Part shown: piece after piece, positions 51,514 to 62,973 of the stretch | How positions within the stretch are numbered: the first letter of the stretch is position 1 | Layout of the letters: each line of letters opens with the position of its first letter | Assembly (NCBI GenBank): GCA_963730185.1 | Contig: CAVSQW010000008.1 | Span: 562,426-626,425 of the forward strand | DNA: 64,000 nucleotides | Origin: an uncultured Gemmatimonadales bacterium | GTDB taxonomy: Bacteria > Gemmatimonadota > Gemmatimonadetes > Gemmatimonadales > GWC2-71-9 | Direction of reading: 5' to 3' | Translations under genes and position numbers: made by a program | The notes under the pieces: generated by a model | Seen by the model: only the letters and a program-made list of their open reading frames with translations | Database searches by the model: none | What the model was told of the DNA's origin: nothing

Positions 51514-52383
51514 ATGACGTCGCCGGCCGGCGAGCGGCCGCGCTGGGCGACCGGTGCCTGGTCGCTCGCCTACGTGGTGGTCGGCTATCTCGGGACCGCC
51601 GCGCTGGCGACGACGGTGCTGGTGGGGCTGTCGGGTGGCCGCCCGCTGGGACAACTGCCGCAGGCGACCGTTGCCCTGGTCCAGGCCGGGGTCGGGATCG
51701 TGATCTTCAGCGGGCTCTCCTTCCTGGTGGGCCGTCGGATCCTCAAGCTCGATCGGCGGGAGCTGGGCTGGGCGCCGTCCCGGGAAGGCCTCCAGGGCTT
51801 CGGGACCGGGTTTGGTCTGGGGCTCACGCTCGGGGCGCTGGCGTTGAGCGCCGGGGTCCTGGTCGGGGTGGCGCACTGGTCACTCGACGGCGGCTCGTTC
51901 GGCCAGTACCTCACCCGGCTCGCCCAGCTGGCGGTGCTGTTGCTGCCGGCGGCGCTGATGGAGGAGCTGGCCTTTCGCGGCCTGCCACTGGCCGGGTTCC
52001 GGCGGGCGGTGGGGCCGGGGCTCGCGATCGTGGTGACGGCCGTGCTCTTCGGGCTGGCGCACCGGCTCAATCCGGCGCTCACCGCGCTCGGCCTCGGGAA
52101 CATCACGCTGGCCGGGATCTGGCTGGGGCTGGTATTCTACGCGCCGGGCGGGCTGTGGACCGCGACCGGCGCGCATCTGGGATGGAACCTGGCGCTGGCT
52201 GGACTGGCGGCGCCGGTCAGCGGGATCCCGTTTTCGATCCCGTGGATCGACTATTTCCCGGGGCGGCCCGCCTGGCTCACGGGTGGCGGCTTCGGTCCTG
52301 AGGGTGGGGTGTTCGCGACGGTGGCTCTGGCGCTCGGCGTCGGGGTTGCCGCCCGGTGGTGGACGACGAGGGAGGACGGATGA
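51514..52383 (+). CDS. CPBP (Abi/CAAX) intramembrane protease
   Basis: EELAFRG, F..AH..N, H..WN, GG.FGPEG. Confidence 0.88.
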   Translation: MTSPAGERPRWATGAWSLAYVVVGYLGTAALATTVLVGLSGGRPLGQLPQATVALVQAGVGIVIFSGLSFLVGRRILKLDRRELGWAPSREGLQGFGTGFGLGLTLGALALSAGVLVGVAHWSLDGGSFGQYLTRLAQLAVLLLPAALMEELAFRGLPLAGFRRAVGPGLAIVVTAVLFGLAHRLNPALTALGLGNITLAGIWLGLVFYAPGGLWTATGAHLGWNLALAGLAAPVSGIPFSIPWIDYFPGRPAWLTGGGFGPEGGVFATVALALGVGVAARWWTTREDG

Positions 52384-53232
52384 AACAGGCAGCGGTGATC
52401 GGCGCGGGGACCATGGGCAACGGGATCGCGCACGTATTCGCGCAGCATGGGTGGAGCGTCACCCTGATCGACGTGTCGCAGCAGGCTCTCGACCGGGCCC
52501 GGGCGACGATCGCAAAGAACCTCGAGCGGCAGGCCAAGAAGGGGGCCATCCCGGCCGACGCGCCGAAGGACATCCTGGGCCGGATCTCGGTCGCCACCGC
52601 GCTCGACGGCGCGGCCTCGGCCGACCTCGTGATCGAGGCCGCCAGCGAGAATCCCAATCTCAAGTTTTCGATCTTCGAGTCGCTCGACCGGCTCTGCGGG
52701 GCCAAAGCGATCCTGGCCACCAACACCAGCTCGATCTCGATCACCGAGATCGCGGCCCGGACTCAGCGTCCCGAGAAGGTGATCGGGATGCACTTTATGA
52801 ATCCGGTGCCGGTCATGAAGCTGGTCGAGGTGATCCGAGGGCCACGCGACCAGCGCCGAGACGATGCGCACGGTGGTCGAGATCGCGACCGAGCTGGAGA
52901 AGACGCCGGTGGAGGTGCAAGGACTACCCCGGCTTCGTCGCCAACCGGATCCTGATGCCGATGATCAACGAGGCCATCTTCGCGTGATGGAAGGCGTGGC
53001 CTCGCCCGAGTCGGTCGACACCGTGATGAAGCTGGGCATGGCCCATCCGATGGGTCCGCTCGCCCTGGCCGACTTCATCGGCCTGGACGTGTGCCTGGCC
53101 ATTCTGGAAGTGATGCACAAGGGCCTGGGCGACCCCAAGTACCGGCCCTGCCCGCTGCTCCGGAAGATGGTCGCGGCGGGCCACTTGGGCCGGAAGACGG
53201 GCCGAGGCTTTTACGAATATGGGGATTCGTGA
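52380..53232 (+). CDS. hbd: 3-hydroxybutyryl-CoA dehydrogenase, apparent frameshifts at ~52845-52985
   Basis: [55 protein letters not shown]. Confidence 0.92.
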
Positions 53233-53346
53233 TTGGTGAGCCGTGACTCGGGAGGGAGTAGGCACTGGGCGGTAGCGCCCCAGCGCCTGCTCCTACCGCC
53301 GGCTCACCACTCACTCCCGAGTCACTAGTCACCAGTCACCAATCAC
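53229..53346. repeat. Intergenic imperfect palindrome built from GTGANNN heptamers
   Basis: Left arm GTGATTGGTGA.. and GTGACTCGGGAG pair with right arm CTCCCGAGTCAC and TCACCAATCAC; inner AGGCACTGGG/CCCAGCGCCT stem. Confidence 0.7.
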
Positions 53347-53360
53347 CGTAGTTTCCTGCC

Positions 53361-53810
53361 ATGCCCGAACGCATTCCCATCGGGGCCGACCACGCCGGGT
53401 TCGAGCTGAAGGAACGGCTGGTCAAGGAGCTCGAGGCGCTGGGCTACGAGCCCGAGGACGTGGGGACCCACTCCACGGCGTCGACCGATTATCCCGACTA
53501 TGCCCACCAGGTGGCCGACCAAGTGGCCCGAGGCGAGGTGCAGCGCGGCGTCCTGCTCTGCGGGACCGGTCTCGGGATGTCGTACGCGGCCAATCGCCAC
53601 CACGGGGTGCGAGCGGCGGTGGCCTGGAATCCCGAGGTCGCCAAGCTGTCGCGGGAGCACAACGACGCCAACGTTCTCGTGCTGCCGGCCCGTTTTCTGA
53701 CCCAGGGCCAGAGCGTGGACATCCTCCGCGCCTGGCTCGAAACCCCCTTCGACGGCGGCCGCCATACCCGGCGGATCGCCAAGATCGAGGTTGACGCGAA
53801 CCATGTCTGA
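53361..53810 (+). CDS. rpiB: Ribose-5-phosphate isomerase B
   Basis: GADHAG, DYPD, CGTGLG, R.HNDAN, FDGGRH..R. Confidence 0.96.
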   Translation: MPERIPIGADHAGFELKERLVKELEALGYEPEDVGTHSTASTDYPDYAHQVADQVARGEVQRGVLLCGTGLGMSYAANRHHGVRAAVAWNPEVAKLSREHNDANVLVLPARFLTQGQSVDILRAWLETPFDGGRHTRRIAKIEVDANHV

Positions 53811-55080
53811 TCATACCGCGTCGCTCCGCGAGGCCGACCCCGTCGTCGCCGCGCTGGTCGACCGCGAGCTCAATCGACAGCGTGACGGTCTCGAGCTGAT
53901 CGCGAGCGAGAACTTCGCCTCCCGGGCGGTGATCGACGCGATGGGCACGCCGCTCACCAACAAGTATTCCGAAGGCTATCCCGGTAAGCGGTACTACGGT
54001 GGCAACGAGGTGATCGACGAGATCGAGCGCCTGGCCATCGCGCGGGCCGTGGAGCTCTTCGGGGCCGATCACGCCAACGTGCAGCCGCATGCCGGCGCCC
54101 AGGCGAACTTCGCCGCCTTCATGGCGGTGCTGCCGCCGGGCGAGACCCTGCTCGCGATGTCGCTGCCCCACGGCGGCCACCTCTCTCACGGGCACGGCGT
54201 CAACCACAGCGGCACCATCTGGCGTGCGGTCCACTACGGGGTCGACATCGCCACCGGTCGGATCGACTACGACCAGGTGCGCGAGGTCGCCCGGCGCGAG
54301 CGGCCCCGGCTGGTCGTGTGCGGGGGCAGCGCCTACTCGCGGATCATCGACTTCGCCGCCTTCCGGTCCATCGCCGACGAAGTTGGCGCCACCCTCCTGG
54401 TGGACATGGCGCACTTCGCGGGGTTGGTGGCGGGCGGCGTCTATCCGTCGCCGGTGCCGCACGCGCAGGTCGTCACCACCACCACCCACAAGACGCTCCG
54501 GGGGCCGCGGGGCGGCCTGATCCTCTCGATCGGCGACCTGGCCAAGGTGATCGACAAGTCGGTCTTCCCGGGCACCCAGGGTGGACCGCTCGAGCACGTG
54601 ATCGCGGCCAAGGCGGTGGCGTTCGGCGAGGCGCTCCGCCCTGAGTTCAAGACCTACGCCCGGCGGGTGGTCGAGAACGCCCAGGCCCTGAGCGCGGCGA
54701 TGATCGAGCGCGGCTTCGAGATCGTCTCCGGAGGAACCGACTCGCACGTGCTGCTGGTGGATCTCCGGTCCAAGGGGGTCACCGGCAAGCGGGCCGAGGA
54801 GGTGCTGGGGCACGCCAGCGTCACGGTCAACCGAAATACGATTCCCGGCGATCCGGCCTCGCCCTTCGTAACCAGTGGCGTCCGGCTCGGCACCCCCGCG
54901 CTCACCACCCGCGGGATGGGTCCCGAGGAGATGGAGACGGTGGCGGAGCTGATCGACCGCGCCATCGCCGCGCGCGACGAGGCCGACTTGGCGGGCGTCC
55001 GGCTCGAGGTCCGGGAGCTGGCCCGGGCCTTCCCGCTCTACCAGTCCGGCGCGCCGGCGCCCGCCCTCTCGGTCGCGTGA
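53803..55080 (+). CDS. glyA: Serine hydroxymethyltransferase
   Basis: [50 protein letters not shown]. Confidence 0.98.
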   Translation: MSDHTASLREADPVVAALVDRELNRQRDGLELIASENFASRAVIDAMGTPLTNKYSEGYPGKRYYGGNEVIDEIERLAIARAVELFGADHANVQPHAGAQANFAAFMAVLPPGETLLAMSLPHGGHLSHGHGVNHSGTIWRAVHYGVDIATGRIDYDQVREVARRERPRLVVCGGSAYSRIIDFAAFRSIADEVGATLLVDMAHFAGLVAGGVYPSPVPHAQVVTTTTHKTLRGPRGGLILSIGDLAKVIDKSVFPGTQGGPLEHVIAAKAVAFGEALRPEFKTYARRVVENAQALSAAMIERGFEIVSGGTDSHVLLVDLRSKGVTGKRAEEVLGHASVTVNRNTIPGDPASPFVTSGVRLGTPALTTRGMGPEEMETVAELIDRAIAARDEADLAGVRLEVRELARAFPLYQSGAPAPALSVA

Positions 55081-55502
55081 TCGAACTCCGTCTGGCGAGC
55101 CAGGTGCTCGCCAAGATCCGGGCCAGCGAGAGCCATTACGACGAGCTCGCGTATCTGTTCGTACTCGAGAGCATCGAGTACCTCCAGACCACGCTGCCGG
55201 TCCGGCGCCACGTGAGCGGCCCCGAGCTGGCGATCGCCTGCCGCAACCACGCGCGGGCCCAGTACGGGCTCATGGCCCAGCCGGTCCTCGAGACCTGGGG
55301 CATCCGCCGCACCGAGGACCTGGGCCGGATCGTGTTCACGCTGGTGGACGTCGGTCTCCTCGTCACCCGACCCGGCGATCGGGAGGAAGACTTCCGCGGC
55401 GTGTTCGACTTTACCCACGCCTTCGTCACCTCGTACGTCTGGGACGGCGTCCGGGCGACGGGCGGGGCACGGACGATCGACGTGCTGGAGGAGGGCGCAT
55501 GA
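55077..55502 (+). CDS. Minf_1886-like conserved protein
   Basis: AY.FV, RHVSG.EL, YG.MA..V...WGI..TED.G.IVF.LV, D..EDF. Confidence 0.75.
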   Translation: MIELRLASQVLAKIRASESHYDELAYLFVLESIEYLQTTLPVRRHVSGPELAIACRNHARAQYGLMAQPVLETWGIRRTEDLGRIVFTLVDVGLLVTRPGDREEDFRGVFDFTHAFVTSYVWDGVRATGGARTIDVLEEGA

Positions 55503-55696
55503 GCCAAGGCGTCGAATGGCCCCAGTGCCAGAAGTGCACCGCCGGAGTGCTCATCCCCCTGTCCGACTACGGGCGGGACGGCGCCCCCATCACCTACAAA
55601 GCCTGGGTCTGCACCAACCCGGAGTGCGGCTTCAACCTCCGGATCGACAACGGCGAGATCTCGTTCGGACGGGTCATCGGCCAGAGCTTCAAATGA
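55499..55696 (+). CDS. Small zinc-ribbon protein
   Basis: GAGG RBS; CQKC...CTNPEC; ATGA coupling to the upstream gene. Confidence 0.75.
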   Translation: MSQGVEWPQCQKCTAGVLIPLSDYGRDGAPITYKAWVCTNPECGFNLRIDNGEISFGRVIGQSFK

Positions 55697-55733
55697 TCAC
55701 CGGCCGGCCTGGACCGGCGCTCCCCGTCCTCCG

Positions 55734-57294
55734 ATGGCCCTCCTCCCAGTCCTGACCCCAGCCCAAGCCGCCGAGTGGGACACGGCGACCGCCGCCCGCG
55801 GCGTGCCGCCGTTCGCGCTCATGGAGTCGGCCGGCCGGGGCGCCGTCGCGGTGCTTACGGCGCGGTTCCCGAGCGCCCTCCGCCAGGGGGCTCTGGTGCT
55901 GGCCGGGGCGGGCAACAACGGCGGCGACGGCTGGGCCATCGCCCGGGGGCTCCACGCGCTCGGGCTCCCGGTCTGGGTGGCCGCCCTCCCCGGCACGCCG
56001 TCGGACCTGAACCGGCTGGAGCGGACCCTGGCCACCGAGGCGGGCGTGCGCGAGGTGGCGCTGGACGGGCCCTGGCCGGCGCCCGGACTCCTGATCGACG
56101 CCATCCTGGGCACCGGCGCTCGCGGCGCGCCCCGGGAGCCCGCCCGGACCCTGCTGGCGCGGGTGGCCGACCTGGCGCTGCCGATCGTCGCGGTCGACGG
56201 CCCGAGCGGGCTCGACCTGGACGACGGGGTGTCGCACGGGGCCCTGCCGGCCGTGCTCACGATCACGTTCGGCGGGTTCCGGCGCGGACACCTCCTGGCC
56301 CGCGACGAGGTGGGCGACGTGCTGGTGCTCGACATCGGCTTCGTCCCCCCGCCGCCCGAGTGGCCCCGGTTGTTCTCCGCCGCCGATGCCGCGATCCGGG
56401 TGCTGCCGTTCGCGTCGAACAGTCACAAGGGCACCCGGGGCCGGGTGGCGGTGGTGGGCGGCGACGTGGGGATGAGCGGGGCCGCGCGGATGGCCGCCCG
56501 CGCTGCCTTCGCGGCCGGGGCGGGGCTGGTCCACGCCCTGGCGCCGGCCCCGACCCTTGCGGTCCTCGCCCAAGCGGAGCCCGACCTCCAGACGGCGGAG
56601 TGCCCCTTCGACCGGCCGCCCACCGGGCGGGCCGCCGAGGTGCTGGCCGGGGCCGACGCGGTGGTGATCGGCCCCGGGTTAGGCCGGGCGCCGGGCCGGG
56701 CCGAGTTCGTGGAGGCGGTCGCCGGGCTCACCCGGGGTGCGATCGTCCTGGACGCCGACGGGCTGATCGCCTTCGGTGGCCACCCGGCCCGGATCGGCGG
56801 CCTGGTCCGGGAGCGGGGGCTGGTGCTGACCCCCCACGCGGGCGAGTTCCGAGCTCTGTTTCCCGACAAGGCCTCGCGCCTGGCGACCGACCCCTGGACC
56901 GCCGCGAGCGAGGCCGCCGGCCGTGGTGCCGGGGGTGACCCTGTTGGCCAAAGGCGTGCCCACGGTGATCGCGGGGTCCGGCTCGGCGCCGCTCACCATC
57001 GCGGCCGGGAATCCCGGGCTCGCGACCGGCGGCAGCGGCGATACCCTGTCCGGGCTGATCGCCGCCTGGCTGGCGCAGGGGCTGGCCCCGGCCGAGGCGG
57101 CCGCCGTGGGCGCCGTGGCCCTGGGCGAGGCGGCGGACCTGGCCGCGCGGCGGACCACGGCCCGCGGGCTCCGGCCCATGGACGTGATCGCCGCGCTGCC
57201 GGATCTCTGGCGGGCCTGGGAGCTTCGGCGCCGGGCCCCCGCCGCGCCGGTGGCCCCGATCCTCTACGACCTTCCGGCCCCCCTCCGGGTCTAG
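55734..57294 (+). CDS. nnr: Bifunctional NAD(P)H-hydrate epimerase/dehydratase, apparent frameshift ~56920
   Basis: LMESAG, G.GNNGGDG, DA.LGTG, HKG.RG, GPGLG, DAD, TPH.GE, LATGGSGD.LSG. Confidence 0.92.
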
Positions 57295-57295
57295 G

Positions 57296-58225
57296 ATGCT
57301 CGAAACGGCGCTGGGGCCGGGCGCGGAGTTCGACCGGATCCGAGCGATCGCCCGGGCGTTAGGCTCGTCCGGGCCGGCGCTCGGCGACGACTGCGCCTTG
57401 GTCGCCCTCGACGGGCGGACCCTGGCGCTCTCGATCGACGCCTCGATCGAGGGCACCCACTTCGAGCGGACCTGGCTCGCGCCGGAGGAGATCGGGTGGC
57501 GGGCCGCGGCAGCGGCGCTCTCCGACCTGGCCGCGATGGGGGCCGAGCCGGTGGGCGTGCTCACCTCGCTCTCCGCCCCCCGATCGGCCGGGGCCGAGCT
57601 GCTCGCGGCGGTGATGTCCGGGGTGGGCGCCGCCGCGAGCTCGGTCGGCGCCGGCGTCCTCGGCGGCGACCTGACCGGTGGCCCCGTGCTTTCGGTCACG
57701 ACGACCGTCCTCGGCTGGTGTGACCGGCCCCTCCGGCGCGCCGGCGCTCGGCCCGGCGACGAGGTCTGGGTCTCCGGTACCCTCGGCGGGGCCCGGGCGG
57801 CGCTCGAGGCGTGGCTGGATCGGCGGGCGCCTGAAGCCGGCGCCCGGGCTCGGTTTGCCCATCCGGAGCCGCGGGTGGCGCTGGGGCGGTGGCTGGCCGC
57901 CGCGGGCGCCTCGGCGCTGATCGACGTCAGCGACGGGCTGGCGGGCGACGCCGGCCATCTAGCGGCCGCGGGCGAGGTGGGGCTCGAGATCGACCTGGAC
58001 CGGCTCCCGCTCGGCCCGGGCGTGGCGCGGTTGGCCGAGCCGCACCGGTTCGCGGCCCGGGGCGGGGAAGACTACGAGTTGCTCGTGACGCTGGCGGCGG
58101 GCACCGACACTGGCGGGGCGCCGACGCCGCTGACCCGGATCGGGTCGGTGGTGGCGGCGCCGGGCGTTCGGCTCCGGGAGCAGGGCCGCGAGGTCGCGTT
58201 GACCGGGTTCGATCACTTCGCATGA
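57296..58225 (+). CDS. thiL: Thiamine-monophosphate kinase
   Basis: GDDCA, EGTHF, LSDLAAMG, GGD, IDVSDGL, GGEDYELL, GFDHF. Confidence 0.95.
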   Translation: MLETALGPGAEFDRIRAIARALGSSGPALGDDCALVALDGRTLALSIDASIEGTHFERTWLAPEEIGWRAAAAALSDLAAMGAEPVGVLTSLSAPRSAGAELLAAVMSGVGAAASSVGAGVLGGDLTGGPVLSVTTTVLGWCDRPLRRAGARPGDEVWVSGTLGGARAALEAWLDRRAPEAGARARFAHPEPRVALGRWLAAAGASALIDVSDGLAGDAGHLAAAGEVGLEIDLDRLPLGPGVARLAEPHRFAARGGEDYELLVTLAAGTDTGGAPTPLTRIGSVVAAPGVRLREQGREVALTGFDHFA

Positions 58226-58935
58226 TCCGGGCGATCGTCTACCTGGTGGCGGTGGTCGCCTTCACCGCATGGAGCGGCACCACGGTGATCGTGCTGGCGC
58301 TCTTCGGGGTCAAGCAGCGGGCCGGGGGCCCGTACGACCGGGCCCAGCGCCGCTGGGCCCGGGGGTTGCTGAAGGTGACCCGGATCTCGGTGGTGCTCGA
58401 CGGCGCCGAGCGGATCCCCGAGGGCTCGGCGGTGTTCGTCTCCAATCACGTCTCGTTCGTCGACATCTGGGCGCTGCTCGCAGTCCTGCCGGGCTCGATC
58501 CGGTTCGTGTTCAAGCGGGAGTTCTTGTACTTCCCGATCATGGGCCAGGCCATGCGGGCCATGGGGCACATCCCGATCGACCGGGGCCGCCGGGCCGCGG
58601 CGTTCGCGTCGTACGATCGGGCGGCCGACGCCATCCGGGCGGGGATCTCCGCCGTGGTGTTCGCGGAGGGCACCCGGAGCCGGGATGGCAAGCTCCATCC
58701 CTTCAAGAAGGGGCCGTTCGTGCTTGCGATCGCGGCGGGGGTACCGGTGGTGCCGGTCTTCTGCGACGGCAGCTACCAGCGCTTGCCGAAGGGCAGCATC
58801 GCCCCCCGGCCGGGGACGGTCACGATCCGGATCGGTGCCCCGATCGCGACCGTCGGGCTCGGATACGACGACCGCGACCGGGTCAGCGACGAGGCCCGCC
58901 GGACCCTGATTGCCCTGGGGGCCGACCCCGCCTAG
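58222..58935 (+). CDS. plsC: 1-acyl-sn-glycerol-3-phosphate acyltransferase
   Basis: NHVSFVD (HX4D), IDR, FAEGTRS, PFKKG. Confidence 0.9.
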   Translation: MIRAIVYLVAVVAFTAWSGTTVIVLALFGVKQRAGGPYDRAQRRWARGLLKVTRISVVLDGAERIPEGSAVFVSNHVSFVDIWALLAVLPGSIRFVFKREFLYFPIMGQAMRAMGHIPIDRGRRAAAFASYDRAADAIRAGISAVVFAEGTRSRDGKLHPFKKGPFVLAIAAGVPVVPVFCDGSYQRLPKGSIAPRPGTVTIRIGAPIATVGLGYDDRDRVSDEARRTLIALGADPA

Positions 58936-59003
58936 CCTCCGAGTTGTGAAAGGCTCGGGCCCGCCCCTATTCTTCGGCCGCTCCGACCCCTTCGCGTCCC
59001 TGA

Positions 59004-60574
<1,571 letters not shown>

Positions 60575-60594
60575 GGCTATATTGTTGGCCCCTT

Positions 60595-60668
60595 GGCAGG
60601 GTAGCTCAGGTGGTTAGAGCACGGCACTCATAATGCCGGGGTCGCGGGTTCGAGTCCCGCCCCTGCTA
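60595..60668 (+). tRNA. tRNA-Met(CAT), probably elongator (Ile2 not fully excluded); integration target
   Basis: GGCAGGG/CCCTGCT acceptor stem, CGGCA-CTCATAA-TGCCG anticodon arm, GGTTCGAGTCC; no GGG/CCC initiator stem; TATATT at 60578-60583 upstream. Confidence 0.93.
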
Positions 60669-61864
60669 TCGTCGTAACTCTCGCCCCTATCGTTTGTTGG
60701 GGGCGTTTCTGTGCCCGGGACCGCGCTAGTTGGTATGGCCCCGGAACCATCGGCGGAACCAAGACCGCCGAGTTTTTCCTCTTGGAGCTGGCTCACCTTC
60801 GCCCGCCAGTAGTCCCATTCGGCCGCCCTCGGCACGAAGCGTCCGTAGACCTTCAGCGCCATGGTGGCGTCGCGGTGGCCGAGTTGCCGGCTGACCATCT
60901 CGACGGGGACGCCCGCCCGGAGATGCTCGACCGCCCAATGGTGGCGGGAATCGTGGAGGCGGTAGCCCTCCAGGCCGAGTACCCGGCACCGCTCCCGGTG
61001 GGCGTCCCCTGCTTGCCACCTGTCGATGCCCCGAAAGAGGCGCTCGCCGGGCGTCAGACCGTCCAAATGCGCCTGGATGAACGGCCAGGCCCAAGGAGCC
61101 AGGAACGCGATCCTGTCGCGCGTCCAGGCCTTGGTGCCCCGTGCCCGGACCGCTTGACGAGCCCGATCCACGTCGGACTCGACCAGGCCGAGGATGGCGG
61201 AGATTTCGAGGCCCCCACCGTAGGCCAGGGCAAACACGGCTCGGTAGGGCTGTGCGGCACCCTCGACCAGCCGGCGCACGTCGGCCAGTTCGAGGAACGT
61301 GCAACGAGGCGGGTTGGCGCGAGGCCGGGTCACATCACGAACCGGGTTCTCGCTCAGGACTCCGTGCTCGCGGAGGTATTTGACGAACGACTGGACCGCA
61401 GCAAGCGCCGTCCGCTTGGTGGCCCCGCTCACCGGCAGGGCGTTCAGCCATTGGGCTACTACCGGGCCGGTGAGCTGCGAACGCAGGAACGGGGCTCCAT
61501 CCGGAACCAGGCGACGGACATTGACGCGGTAGTGCTGGACCGTGATCGGCTTCACCCGGTCCTCAAGCCATCTCAGCCACCCGGCGACGTGGCCGGCCAA
61601 GTCAACGTCGGCCATGCGCTGGCGGAGGCCGTCCAGGTCGCCCAGACGGTAGGCGTCGTAGAGCTGACCGAGGGTAAGCCTTCCGACCGCTACGGCCTCC
61701 AGAAGGTCCCAGGCGCGCTCCTGACGTAGCCCCTCGACCGCCCGCCCGATCGCCTTCGCGGTCGGACGGTGGTCGGTCCCGGTGCTTTTCTTCACCCAGC
61801 GCCCGCTCCGAGTGGGGACGCCGAGGTAGAACGAGGGTCGGCCTTTTCGGCGGTACAGGACCAT
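60614..61864 (-). CDS. Tyrosine recombinase/integrase whose 3' end overlaps the tRNA antisense
   Basis: N-terminal arm-binding-like region (KKSTGT), GTK, RLHDSRH, QLGH, KVYGR; expected Arg-I position reads GGLEISA. Confidence 0.9.
   Translation of the reverse strand: MVLYRRKGRPSFYLGVPTRSGRWVKKSTGTDHRPTAKAIGRAVEGLRQERAWDLLEAVAVGRLTLGQLYDAYRLGDLDGLRQRMADVDLAGHVAGWLRWLEDRVKPITVQHYRVNVRRLVPDGAPFLRSQLTGPVVAQWLNALPVSGATKRTALAAVQSFVKYLREHGVLSENPVRDVTRPRANPPRCTFLELADVRRLVEGAAQPYRAVFALAYGGGLEISAILGLVESDVDRARQAVRARGTKAWTRDRIAFLAPWAWPFIQAHLDGLTPGERLFRGIDRWQAGDAHRERCRVLGLEGYRLHDSRHHWAVEHLRAGVPVEMVSRQLGHRDATMALKVYGRFVPRAAEWDYWRAKVSQLQEEKLGGLGSADGSGAIPTSAVPGTETPPTNDRGESYDDSRGGTRTRDPGIMSAVL
60742..60761. 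promoter_or_regulatory. Putative integrase arm-type sites
   Basis: CGGAACCA direct repeat with 12-bp period, ~75 bp from the tRNA 3' end. Confidence 0.5.
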
Positions 61865-62043
61865 TACTGCCTCCGGGCGAGCGCCCAGGCTAAGACTTCG
61901 GACTGAAGGTAGCGGACCATCGGCTTCCTTCCACGGCCGTTCGACGGCAGTAGCCGCTTCGGGCAGGTTGAGGCACGAAGGTAGGACACCGACACGTCAA
62001 GGAGTGACGCTGCCTGTCGTTGTCGGAGGAGGCGGTCATTCAC
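61864..62043 (-). CDS. Excisionase-like winged HTH (59 aa)
   Basis: LL...QAASLLDVSVSYL...VRY...EV.AW; TAATG overlap with int, GTGA overlap with XRE. Confidence 0.75.
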   Translation of the reverse strand: MNDRLLRQRQAASLLDVSVSYLRASTCPKRLLPSNGRGRKPMVRYLQSEVLAWALARRQ

Positions 62044-62282
62044 TGTGATTCCTTCGGGAGTGCCCGCCGAATCGCGGTCGCGCCCTTGAGTGCCTCCCCG
62101 GCGAGGGCTTCGAGGGCCGACGCGAGCCGATCGGCCACGACCGGCGTCGGCACCCTGGTTCCCCGCAGGAGGTAGGCTACCAACGAGTGGGACACACCGG
62201 CTCGCTTCGCTAGTGCCCGGAGTGTTACCGGGGAGGCTCGGAGGCTCGCTTGCACTGCTCGCTCCAGTCTGCGTGTCGCCAT
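62040..62282 (-). CDS. XRE/Cro-type HTH regulator (80 aa)
   Basis: TLRALAKRAGVSHSLVAYLLRG.R.P. Confidence 0.8.
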   Translation of the reverse strand: MATRRLERAVQASLRASPVTLRALAKRAGVSHSLVAYLLRGTRVPTPVVADRLASALEALAGEALKGATAIRRALPKESQ

Positions 62283-62296
62283 GTTTACAATATGGC
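62278..62296. promoter_or_regulatory. Palindromic operator over the XRE start codon and -10 region
   Basis: GCCATGTT-TAC-AATATGGC (one mismatch). Confidence 0.55.
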
Positions 62297-62417
62297 AACT
62301 CTCGGCCGCCTCCGCAAACACCGGTGGATCGACGTCCGGTGGGCAGCCCGCCCCCGAGGCTCACGATATGCCTCGTATGGAGGATCGGAGCCGCCTGCTC
62401 AGGGTCGCGCCACTCAT

Positions 62418-62594
62418 CTACAGGCCGAAGCCGTCGGCGGTCTTTCGTCGCCGGGACCGGTCAATTGCCTTTGCTGACTTCGCCAAGGCCCGCCGGGCGT
62501 CGAGGATAGCCTTGTCCCAGCGGCCATGATGGCGCTTCTCGCTGCTCTTCACCTTTCGGGACGCACCCCCGGTTTTCCCGTCATGCCGTTGCAC
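62418..62594 (-). CDS. Small basic hypothetical protein (58 aa), below the ORF-track cutoff
   Basis: GGAGG 7 nt before GTG; MQRHDGKTGGASRKVKSSEKRHHGRWDKAILDARRALAKSAKAIDRSRRRKTADGFGL. Confidence 0.4.
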   Translation of the reverse strand: MQRHDGKTGGASRKVKSSEKRHHGRWDKAILDARRALAKSAKAIDRSRRRKTADGFGL

Positions 62595-62973
62595 GTTGGG
62601 CCTCCCTTTGGAAATCGGTCCCCTCTGGACCGCCGTCGGCGAGTCTGGTAGCTGGTGGAGCCGGGTGGGTTCCGGACGCTTTCCGGGTCAACGGCGTCCG
62701 CCCCGCCCACGCGACTCTGTTTCGGGTGTTCCAGCCTCGCACCCACGGCCTCGTGCCTACGACCGCCCCGGATCTGTGGCGACATGACGACCGGGTCGCA
62801 CCGCTGCGTTGCCCGGATTTGGTTGATCGCGCCCCCGACCCGTCTCCTGCACCTCCCCCGTTGGGTTTTGCCTTCCGGACTCGACGGACTCAGGGGAACG
62901 GGGTCCGAACCCCTGTTACGGACGCTGGCAATTTGGGATAAAGTCTGATTGCCTAGTACCGGGGAGTTCGAGG

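Noticed and set aside
61864..62364. 166-aa version of the Xis ORF
   Set aside because: The upstream part overlaps the XRE gene out of frame; the coupled GTG at 62043 is the better start
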